NCBI GenBank assembly: GCA_963836935.1
Contig: CAWILM010000038.1
Location: 62,784-126,783, forward strand
Direction of reading: 5' to 3'
Source: an uncultured Acidimicrobiaceae bacterium
Lineage (GTDB): Bacteria > Actinomycetota > Acidimicrobiia > Acidimicrobiales > Bog-793
Length of the DNA stretch: 64,000 nucleotides
Positions 28,336 to 36,218 of this stretch are shown here, one piece after another. The notes under the pieces are model-generated. The model saw only the letters and a program-made list of their open reading frames with translations. It was not told where the DNA came from and did no database searches. How positions within the stretch are numbered: the stretch's first letter is position 1; each line of letters begins with the position of its first letter. The translations under genes and the position numbers were made by a program.

Positions 28336-29891
28336 TGCAGTCGCGGGAGATCCCTGTCGTCGTCATCTGTGGCGACGTCGGGGCCCCGCCCGTGCCTGTT
28401 CGCCTTGGCGAGCTTGCGGCCCGGTTGCGCCGCGAGCTGCCCGGAGTGACCGTGTGGTTTCCGGGCGCGATCTGTGCAACCCCGGCGCCCCTGCTGGAGG
28501 GGCTTGCGGCCGCCGGGCCCACGCGTGTCGTCGTCGGTTGCCGGGCTGACCCGCAACGACAGGGAGAACTCCGGACCCGTTTGCGCCGTGCAGGAGCAGC
28601 CCCCGCCGGCACGGAGATCGTCGACCTCAGGACGGCGGACGGCTGCAGCGCGACGGTGGCCCTCGAGCAGTCCGTCGCCCTTGTGCGCGCCGCGGTGGCG
28701 CGTGTGGCCGTGGCCGACGTAACCGCGCCGGTGCGGGAGCGGACGAGCTTGTCGGTCGGGGGAGTGACGCGCCGGTCCCTGCTGCGCGGCGTCAACACGG
28801 CCCGCCATTACGTCGCGGTCTGGCGGCCGGAGCGGTGCACCTCCAAAGCGGGCTGTACAGCCTGTGTTCTGTCCTGCCCGCACGCGGCGCTGCGTCAACA
28901 GGGCCGTCGCCTGGTCGTCGACGGCGATCGCTGCACGGGCTGCGGCGCCTGTGTGGCCTCCTGCCGGAGGGCCGCGCTCGTGCTTGCGGGCGCCGAGCTC
29001 GAAGGACTGGGCGCCGCCGCTGCCGTTCTCGGCGCGGCCGCCCGGCGGGACGGGTCGGTCGTCGGCGTCTCGATCGTCTGCCGGCACGTTGAGCCGGTGC
29101 CCCCGATTGGGGAGCCCTGGCTCGGGCTGCGCGTGCCGTCGGTCGCGATGGTGACCGCAGGGTGGATCCTGCAGCTCGTCAGTGTCGGAGTGAACGTCCG
29201 GGTCCTCGGTTGCAAGGACCAGGACTGTGCGACCCGCGCCGGCGATCTCGGGGGTTTCGTCCGCGCCCTTCTGCAGGCGCTCGGGTTCTCGGACGGAGAG
29301 CCGGCTTTCATAAAGGCCCCCGCCAGTCGGGCGTCCGCTCCGACCGCCTCGGCACCTTGGGGCGATGGGATCGAACTGCGAGAGCCCGAAGCAACCCTGC
29401 AGGCGCTGTCGGCTCTCGGAGCACTCCGGCCGGCGCCCGCACCGTGGCGGGTGGGAGGCCCCGGATGCTCGCTCGGAGTGGTGGGGGTCGACCCGGCCGG
29501 TTGCTCGCTTTGCGAGGTCTGCGTCGGCGTCTGCCCGACAAGCGCCTTCGCGACCGAGCGCGACGGGGGAGGGGCTCTCCAGTTGCGCGTCGACTCGAGT
29601 CGCTGCCGCGGTTGCGGGGCCTGTGTCCCTTCGTGCCCGGAAGCCGCCATAACCGTGGCGAGGGCGGCCGACGCCGGATTCCTGTCGAGAAGAAGCCGAG
29701 TGGTGGCAACGGGACCGGTTGTGAGCTGCGAAGGCTGCGGCGTCCCGCTCGTCGCCGGGCCCTCGCAGGCGGCCCTGCGTCGTCGCCTCGGCGGGTCGCA
29801 CCCGAACTTGACGGCGGGCTCGGCGAGGATCTGCGCCGACTGTCGCCTCGGCGGCCGGTCAGCGACGGGGAGCCGCAGGCGCGTTACATAG
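28335..29891 (+). CDS. 518-aa signal-less poly-ferredoxin: two tandem modules (Cys-poor FlpD/MvhD-like domain plus 2x[4Fe-4S] ferredoxin domain) and a C-terminal CxxC...CxxC ribbon
   Basis: ATG 28335 overlaps the chaperone stop (TGATG). Ferredoxin motifs: CTSKAGCTACVLSCP and CTGCGACVASC, then CSLCEVCVGVCP and CRGCGACVPSCP. C-terminal CEGCG...CADC. The N-terminal halves of the two modules align with each other (VVVGCRADPQ versus RVLGCKDQDC). No signal peptide or TM helix seen. Confidence 0.7.
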   Translation: MQSREIPVVVICGDVGAPPVPVRLGELAARLRRELPGVTVWFPGAICATPAPLLEGLAAAGPTRVVVGCRADPQRQGELRTRLRRAGAAPAGTEIVDLRTADGCSATVALEQSVALVRAAVARVAVADVTAPVRERTSLSVGGVTRRSLLRGVNTARHYVAVWRPERCTSKAGCTACVLSCPHAALRQQGRRLVVDGDRCTGCGACVASCRRAALVLAGAELEGLGAAAAVLGAAARRDGSVVGVSIVCRHVEPVPPIGEPWLGLRVPSVAMVTAGWILQLVSVGVNVRVLGCKDQDCATRAGDLGGFVRALLQALGFSDGEPAFIKAPASRASAPTASAPWGDGIELREPEATLQALSALGALRPAPAPWRVGGPGCSLGVVGVDPAGCSLCEVCVGVCPTSAFATERDGGGALQLRVDSSRCRGCGACVPSCPEAAITVARAADAGFLSRRSRVVATGPVVSCEGCGVPLVAGPSQAALRRRLGGSHPNLTAGSARICADCRLGGRSATGSRRRVT

Positions 29892-29969
29892 GTGCCCGCC
29901 GTCCTTCCTTGTCCGTTGGCAATGGGGAGGCGCTTCCCATCGGCGGAGAGAGCCGACACCGGCAGGCTC

Positions 29970-30287
29970 TCACTCTGGGGTGAGGACCTCCTCGATCCAG
30001 GAATAGGCCGCCACCGCAGCGGGAAAGCCCCGCGTGGTCACCGTGAGGGCGACGACGTGGAGCAGCTCCTCAGGCGTCGCGCCCGCCTTGAGGGCCCGCC
30101 GGGCGTTGGAGCGGACAGCACCTTCGGCCATCGCCCCGATGGCGATGCCGAGCTTGACGAGGCGGCTCGTGCGTTCATCCAACGGGCCCGCGTTCGCAGA
30201 CTCCGCCAGGGCCTCGAGGTTGTGGGACAACGCGGGGAACCGGGTCCGGAATCGCGAGTAGATCTCAGGTAGGTAATGGTCTGTCAT
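29970..30287 (-). CDS. carboxymuconolactone decarboxylase (CMD/AhpD-like) family protein
   Basis: 105-aa ORF. ERTSRLVKLGIAIGAMAEGAVRSNARRALKAGATPEELLHVVALTVTTRGFPAAVAAYSW is typical of small CMD-family proteins. Confidence 0.75.
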   Translation of the reverse strand: MTDHYLPEIYSRFRTRFPALSHNLEALAESANAGPLDERTSRLVKLGIAIGAMAEGAVRSNARRALKAGATPEELLHVVALTVTTRGFPAAVAAYSWIEEVLTPE

Positions 30288-30598
30288 TGGTTCCTCCCCC
30301 TAAGCCGGTGGTCGGGCCGACTCGGCGACCGTTGGCACGAAGAGGCTACTTCACCGACCTCCCGGTCCAGCCCTCCTGGGTTCCCGGGCCGGGCCCGCCC
30401 CGCCCAGTCACGACCGGGGAGACTTGCGGGACTTACCATGACGGCTGGTCCCCCAGCATGGCGAGCGTCGTGGGCAGTCGCGACGGCGCCAGAGGATCGA
30501 GGAGATATGCCTTCGGATCTAAGGGCGTCGCCGACGGGGCGGAGAGGCTCGACTGCCCAGGACGGCGCGGTCTGCGCCGTAGGCGAGGGCCCCAGCAG

Positions 30599-31081
30599 GT
30601 GAACGCGACGCTCGCCAGCTCGCCGCTTCGGACGGCCGTCAGGGGCGCCATTGTCGTGGTGCTCGCCGGTTGCGGTTGGTTTGTCGCGGCCGTACCTCCC
30701 TTCGGCGTCGAGGCGAACGTGGTCACGTTCTCGGCGGCCGCGGCGATACTTGCCGTGAGCGCGGCGCTGGCGCGCCGGCCGGGCCCCCCTTCGGCGTCGA
30801 GGGAAGGCGAGGTGAACCAAGGCCAGCCTGGCCCGCCGACGGCGGCCGGCGATACCTCGGGGCGACTGCCCGGCCTGGTCGCTTGGGCGCTCGCGGCCCT
30901 CCTCGCCGTCGCGGTGGAGCTGTGGGAGCTCTCTCATGCTCCGAGGAGCGCCTATCCGACCCTCAGCTCGCTGGCCAACGAGGTGCTCGGACCAGGACAT
31001 CGAGTCGCTCGCGCAGCGGCGTTTGTTGGCTGGGGTGCTTGTGGCTTGGTCGTCGGGAGGCGACCTCGGCGGCGATTATGA
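30599..31081 (+). CDS. hypothetical membrane protein
   Basis: GTG 30599 lies inside ORF 30287..31081. Three hydrophobic helices (AIVVVLAGCGWFVAAV, VVTFSAAAAILAVSAAL, LPGLVAWALAALLAVAVELW). The start is uncertain. Confidence 0.4.
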   Translation: MNATLASSPLRTAVRGAIVVVLAGCGWFVAAVPPFGVEANVVTFSAAAAILAVSAALARRPGPPSASREGEVNQGQPGPPTAAGDTSGRLPGLVAWALAALLAVAVELWELSHAPRSAYPTLSSLANEVLGPGHRVARAAAFVGWGACGLVVGRRPRRRL

Positions 31082-31263
31082 ACACCGTCTTGTGGGTGGT
31101 TGGCGCGATCGCGCTCTGCACAACGGAGTTGGCGAGCCGAGTGCTCAAACGGGGGTGGCCCAGCGCGGCGGATCTGGTTCGCGGCGCGCGAGGACACTTG
31201 GCAGGCCGATTCGTTCTGGTCATCGGCTGGATCTGGCTGGGCTGGCACGTATTTGCCCGCTGA
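31078..31263 (+). CDS. hypothetical small membrane protein (61 aa)
   Basis: ATG 31078 overlaps the upstream stop (ATGA). MNTVLWVVGAIALCTTEL...RFVLVIGWIWLGWHVFAR gives two TM helices. Confidence 0.4.
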   Translation: MNTVLWVVGAIALCTTELASRVLKRGWPSAADLVRGARGHLAGRFVLVIGWIWLGWHVFAR

Positions 31264-31346
31264 GCGGGGTGGGGACCACCTTTGTCCGCGCGGCCCGAGC
31301 GCCTTGCGCCGGCGGGCGGCTCCAGGCGCGATCCCGGCGGTGGCGG

Positions 31347-32624
31347 TCAGCTGCCCAGCGACCAGAGGTCCTCGGGCTCTTTGTCGCGCGTCTCGGGCAA
31401 GAGGGCGAACAGGCCGGTGAGGGGAATCGTGGCCGCGAACACCACGATGGCCGCGAGCCCGAAGCGGTTGTCGACGTCAGCCACCGCGCCGAAGGCCAGC
31501 AATCCCGCCGTGGCGCCGAGAACGCCCACGGCGATCTCCCACCCGATGACAGAAGCCCTGACGGAGGTGGGGAAGAGCTCGTTGGTGAGAGCGCCGGCGG
31601 CGGGTGCGAAGACCGACGCGGCCAGCACGGCGAGCAGATAACCGACGATGGCGCCCAGCCTTGAGCCGCTGTAGGTCACCATGCCCAACAGCGCCATGGC
31701 GATCATGGCGCCGCCTGCGGCGAGACGGCGCCCGACCCGGTCGGCGAGGAAGCGCCCGAGCAGCAGCCCGGCGAGCCCTGTGGCGCCGGCGCAGGCGACC
31801 AGGAGCGCTGTTGTCGTGCCGGCGAAATGCAGCACGTTCTGCGCGTACAGGAAGAAGAAGCTGTTCGCCGGTCCGGTCACGACCGACAAGACGAATGTGA
31901 GGGCGGCGACGATGATCAATCGGCGCCGGAAGAGCGGGCCGACCGCCCCGAGCACGGGCAGCGGGTGCTCCTCGGCTGCCGCGGCGAGCTTGAATCGGTC
32001 GGGCTCGACGACCCATCGGGCGATGAAAGGCAGTCCCAGGAGGGGGAGGAGGGCCAGGAGCACCACACCGCGAAAGCCGAGCGTGCTTCCGCCAAGGCTG
32101 TGCACGATGGCGATCAAGCCCGACCCGATCCCATATCCGGCGGCAATCAGGGCGACGGCCTTGGCTCGTTGCGACGAGGCGGTCTGCTCGGCGGCGGTCA
32201 CCTGTGCCACTCCGGACGTGGCGCTGAGCAGCGGTCGTCCGAGCGCGAAGATGGCCACGAACCACCAGTACGTAGGGCTGACGGCGGACACCGCCGTGAG
32301 TGCCAGCCCGATGGCGCACGTTGTGAGCAGCATGCGACGGCGCCCGAACCGGTCGGCCAGCCCCGCCAGGGGCAAGCCGCCCAGGGAGGCAAGGCGGATG
32401 ACGGCCAGGCCGATCCCGAGCTTGGTCCCGGACAAGCCGGCCTGTTCGGCGATTGTCGCCCCATGGGTTATGTGACCGAAATGCTTCGCGACGTCACCGA
32501 GCGCGGCGACGGCTCCGAACTGGGCGAAACCAGCCGCCATCGCCAGCAACGCCGCGCCCAGCACTGCCGGCTCGCGCCAGCCGTGCAGGTGCAGGCGGGG
32601 ATCGAGCCGCGTGCGATCAGCCAT
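31347..32624 (-). CDS. MFS transporter
   Basis: In ORF 31347..32801. ATG 32624 (MADRTRLDPRL...) overlaps the upstream gene end by 8 nt. About 12 TM helices with a motif-A-like GLADRFGRRRML. Confidence 0.8.
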   Translation of the reverse strand: MADRTRLDPRLHLHGWREPAVLGAALLAMAAGFAQFGAVAALGDVAKHFGHITHGATIAEQAGLSGTKLGIGLAVIRLASLGGLPLAGLADRFGRRRMLLTTCAIGLALTAVSAVSPTYWWFVAIFALGRPLLSATSGVAQVTAAEQTASSQRAKAVALIAAGYGIGSGLIAIVHSLGGSTLGFRGVVLLALLPLLGLPFIARWVVEPDRFKLAAAAEEHPLPVLGAVGPLFRRRLIIVAALTFVLSVVTGPANSFFFLYAQNVLHFAGTTTALLVACAGATGLAGLLLGRFLADRVGRRLAAGGAMIAMALLGMVTYSGSRLGAIVGYLLAVLAASVFAPAAGALTNELFPTSVRASVIGWEIAVGVLGATAGLLAFGAVADVDNRFGLAAIVVFAATIPLTGLFALLPETRDKEPEDLWSLGS

Positions 32625-33300
32625 GGCGGCGCCGGCCGATCCAGAACGGCAAGTCGAGCAGCAGGAGAAGAGCGAGCGCGACACCGGCGGCACTGGCGAT
32701 GTACCAGGGCCACGGTCCGAGGACCTTGAGCAGGGTCCAGCTGCTCGGGGGGCGACGGAGGAACATGTAGTTGGCACCGCTGAGCGCGTCGATGAGACCA
32801 ACGACCGCCGTGTAGGCGAGCGTGATCGCGAAGGTGGTGAGTACAGAGCCGCGTCGAGGAGCGATTCGTAACCCTATGACGAGGTAGAGGGCCGCAAGGA
32901 CGATGCCGAGGTGGCCGGCCAGGTACTGGAAGAAGACGAGGTGGGGGAAGCCCACGTTGAGGTCGGGCGTGATGACTGCCTGGAGGGTTCCGGCCAGGCC
33001 CCAGAAGTAAGTGAGCTCGGCGAGAAGGGGCTTTCGCCACCAGCAGGCGGCGGCGGCCACCAGCACCGCGGCGTCACAGAGCGCGAAGGGCAGGTCGGTT
33101 CTCGGCGACCAGGTCTTCGCCACGATCTTGGCGACGACGAAACTGATGGCGTCGGAGACGAGCACGAGCGCGATCACGCGAGCGGCCACAACGGTCCACG
33201 GCCCCGGCCTGCGCCTGGCACCCGCGCAAAGGGCGGTCCCGACCGCAAGAGCGAGCACTACCGCCGCAAGGTAAGGCACCGGGGTGACGAGCCCCAGCAT
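32617..33300 (-). CDS. TIGR02206 (YwaF-like) family integral membrane protein
   Basis: 227 aa, polytopic. WGLAGTLQAVITPDL, FFQYLAGHLGIVLAALY, ANYMFLRRPP and LGPWPWY match my memory of the TIGR02206 family. Confidence 0.65.
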   Translation of the reverse strand: MLGLVTPVPYLAAVVLALAVGTALCAGARRRPGPWTVVAARVIALVLVSDAISFVVAKIVAKTWSPRTDLPFALCDAAVLVAAAACWWRKPLLAELTYFWGLAGTLQAVITPDLNVGFPHLVFFQYLAGHLGIVLAALYLVIGLRIAPRRGSVLTTFAITLAYTAVVGLIDALSGANYMFLRRPPSSWTLLKVLGPWPWYIASAAGVALALLLLLDLPFWIGRRRHG

Positions 33301-33465
33301 CGGGCCTCCTCTCTAGGTGCCCAGCATTGCCCAGGCCGGAGCGCAGTTGGCGTCAAAGCGAATGGTGCAGTAGCCGCGTGTGCGGTCTACGCTCGCTGGA
33401 CAAGGCGGGTGGTCGTCGTCTGGCCGCAGCGGTGCCGGCGCGCACCCACGAAGAGGTGGTCGAGC

Positions 33466-33872
33466 ATGGAGATTCTGTCCGCCGCTACCCGGGCCGGCGG
33501 GAGTGCGGTTGCCCTTGAGCTCATCTTTGTTGTTGTGGCGATCGTGGCCGCGGTCAAGATCCTCCCCAAGGCCGGCTACTCGGCCTGGTATGCCCTTCTG
33601 CTCCTGATCCCGCTGGTGGGCTTGGTGATGATCCTCGTGTTCGCTTTCGCGGACTGGCCCGTCGACAAAGAGCTCCGGCACTACCGCCAAGGCGGATCCG
33701 GGCCCGGGCCGGGCGGCTATCCCGAGCCGCCGTGGCCCGGTCAGCAGCCCCCCGTCTACGGAACCGGCGGTTCCGCGTTCCCCCGTCCGCCTGGCCACCG
33801 CCCCCGAGCGGTCCGACGCCGCCCTGGTCGGGTGGCCCCATGCCGCCGCCCCCGGAAGGTTCGCAGCGCTGA
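33466..33872 (+). CDS. small membrane protein (DUF805-like hairpin) with Pro-rich tail, apparent frameshift in a C5 run
   Basis: ATG 33466 gives MEILSAATRAGGSAVALELIFVVVAIVAAVKILPKAGYSAWYALLLLIPLVGLVMILVFAFADWP. After the C-run at 33780-33784 the plausible tail PPSAWPPPPSGPTPPWSGGPMPPPPEGSQR* is in another frame (TGA 33870-33872). As assembled the ORF runs to 34152, antisense to the response regulator. Confidence 0.45.
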
Positions 33873-34636
33873 TAAGGAGACGACGCGGCTGTCCCGGACG
33901 GCTCGCGGCCACCGGGCCCGGGTGAGCTGCCGCCCGCGGCGAGGGGGCGAGCCGGCCGCTCGTCAACGAGTTGATAGCCGACACCCGGATTGGTGCGCAG
34001 CAGGGGACCCCCCTCGACACCGAGCTTGCGACGCAAGCGGCTGGCGTAGACGCGCAGGTAGTGCGTCTCGTTTCCGTAGCCGGGGCCCCAGACCTCACGG
34101 AGGATCGTCCTGTGGGTGCATACCTTGCCGGCGTTGCGCGCCAGGTAGGTGAGCAGGTCGAACTCCCGGGCGGTCAGCTCTATCGCTGTCCCGCCCACCG
34201 TGACCGCTCGCGAGGCGACGTCAACGAGAATCGGGCCGACGCTCACCGTCGCAGTCGCCGGCGACGGATTGCGCGCCGCCGCGTGCCTGAGCGCGACCCG
34301 GAGGCGGGCCTCCAGCTCCTGCATCCCGAACGGCTTGGTGACGTAGTCGTCGGCGCCACTGTCGAGAGCGAGCACCTTGCGCTCCTCGCTGTCGAGGGCG
34401 GAAAGGACGATCACCGGCACGTCCGTCCACTGGCGCAGTCGCCGGCAGACCTCGACGCCGTCGATGTCGGGGAGGCCGAGGTCGAGCACGACGAGCTGCG
34501 GCGTCGCCTGCGCGGCGCGCGAGAGCCCTTCGGCGCCCGTGAGAGCCGCGGTCACCTCGAAGCCTCTTGCCTCGAGACCGATGCGCAGCGCCCGCAGCAG
34601 GGCCGGGTCGTCGTCGACGACAAGGACACGCGTCAT
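33554..34636 (-). CDS. OmpR/PhoB-family (KdpE-like) response regulator
   Basis: ATG 34636 gives MTRVLVVDDDPALLRAL...DLGLPDIDG...ADDYVTKPF (receiver) and a winged-helix domain ending GVGYQLVDE near 33950. The ORF then continues for about 130 low-complexity codons to 33554, so that tail is doubtful. Confidence 0.8.
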   Translation of the reverse strand: MTRVLVVDDDPALLRALRIGLEARGFEVTAALTGAEGLSRAAQATPQLVVLDLGLPDIDGVEVCRRLRQWTDVPVIVLSALDSEERKVLALDSGADDYVTKPFGMQELEARLRVALRHAAARNPSPATATVSVGPILVDVASRAVTVGGTAIELTAREFDLLTYLARNAGKVCTHRTILREVWGPGYGNETHYLRVYASRLRRKLGVEGGPLLRTNPGVGYQLVDERPARPLAAGGSSPGPGGREPSGTAASSPYQRCEPSGGGGMGPPDQGGVGPLGGGGQADGGTRNRRFRRRGAADRATAARDSRPARARIRLGGSAGALCRRASPRKRTRGSSPSPPAGSGAEGHTRPSSRPWGGS

Positions 34637-36152
34637 GAGCAGACCATGTCGCCAGGCGGCGGTTCGGCGGGGTCGTGAGACGCTGCCGGTGCCGCCAAGG
34701 TGAAGCGCGCCCCCCTCCGCGGGCTGTGCCGACTCCGATGCGCCCGCCATGGGCCTCGGTGAAGGCTTTGGCGATCGCAAGTCCCAGGCCGGCGCGCCCG
34801 CCGTCGGCCCCGCGATGGAACAGCTCGAAGATGCGCTCGCGCTGGTCGGGCGGGACTCCCGGGCCCGAATCCGAGACGGCGATCTCGACGTCGCCCGACC
34901 CGGGCCGGCGCGTCGCCTCCACCAGGATCTCGGCGCCGGGCGGGCTGTGCCGGGCGGCGTTCTCGAGCAGGTTGGCCAGGGCCTGGGCGAGCAGGGTCGG
35001 GTCCACCTCGAGTTGCGGCAGGTCCGCCGCCACGGACCTGCGCAGTCGCGAGGTGTCGAGGGAGCTCTCGACAAGCGCAGCGGCTTCGTCGATGAGGTCG
35101 TCCACCACGACCGGCTCGCGTTTCGGCTTGAGCGCACCCGCCTCGAGGCGCCACAGCTCGAGCACGGTGCTGACGAGGCGTGTCAGGCGGTCGGTCTGCT
35201 CCTCGATCGTCTCGAGCAGGTCACGGCGCGCCGAGTCGGGGAGCACGATCGCCGGTTCCCTGAGATCGGAGACGGCGACCTTTATCGAGGCGAGCGGGGT
35301 GCGCAGATCATGCGCCACGGCGCTGACGAGTGCCGCCCGCCACTCGTCGACCTTCTGGAGGAGGTTGGCCTGCAGGGCCTGGTCGCGCAGCCGCGCGCGA
35401 TCGATGGCGAGGGCAGCATGGTTGGCGTAGGTCGCGAGCAGGCCGCGGTCGTGGACGTCGAGTTCCCCTCCGCGAAGGACCAGGAGCCCGACCGGGCGCG
35501 CCGCGGCGGTGAGCGGTATCTGTCGGAGAACCGCGCCGGCGACGACGCTGCCGGTGAGCGATGCGGGACTGCCCGGGGCGGGCAGGAGGCGGTCCAGCGA
35601 CTCGGCCCCGAGCTCACCGCCGTCGGAGGCGACGACCTCGAGCTGGTCGGTGCCGACCGCGGGCAGCAAGATCGCGACGGTTTCGAAGTTGAAGGCGTTC
35701 CGGACGCTCGAGGCGACCACGGTCAGCATCTCGTTGAGCGGCTTGTCAGCGACGAGCAGCTCCGACAGCTCGAGGAGACGGCGCGAGTCGGCCGCGCGGC
35801 GCGCCGAGTCGACCCTCAGTTGTTGCAGGCGCGACAGGACGAGCGCGACCAAGAGGACGACGACGACGTAGACGACAAGGGCCAGCCAGTTCTGGGCGCT
35901 TCCTACCGCCAGGGTCCAATACGGCGGGATGAAGGCCAGGTCGAGCACGAGGAAACCAAGAACGACGCCGAGCAGTCCGACGCGCGGGCCGCCGAGCAGC
36001 ATGGCGGCGACGACCGGCAGGACGAACACGAGAGCAGCTGTGGCGAAGCTCAGACGGCTGCGGAACGGGATCATCGCTGCGGTCGCCGCTCCCATGGTCA
36101 CGCAGAGGGCGATGATGCCTGTCCTGAAACCGCGCCAGGGAGCTTGTCGCAC
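34633..36152 (-). CDS. sensor histidine kinase (DUF4118 membrane domain, GAF, HisKA, HATPase; KdpD C-terminal-half type), 1-nt frameshift near the 3' end
   Basis: ORF 34221..36152 carries TM helices, a GAF-like region, H-box SAVAHDLRTPLASI, N-box LLENAARHSP and G-boxes DSGPGVP / GLGLAIAK. After the C6 run at 34710-34715 (G6 on the coding strand) the canonical end GGARFTLAAP...MVCS* is in the frame of ORF 34633..35154. Its TGA forms an ATGA overlap with the regulator start. Confidence 0.8.
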
Positions 36153-36218
36153 GCGCGGCCAAGTCTAGGGCCTGGTCGAGGGCAGAGTCCCCGCTAACCT
36201 CCAGCAGCCGGGACAGAA

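Noticed and set aside
34633-36152. Calling the kinase KdpD and the regulator KdpE.
   Set aside because: The N-terminal KdpD/Usp sensor half is absent and there are no kdpFABC genes in the window. Only the DUF4118-GAF-kinase architecture is shared, so no gene symbols were given.
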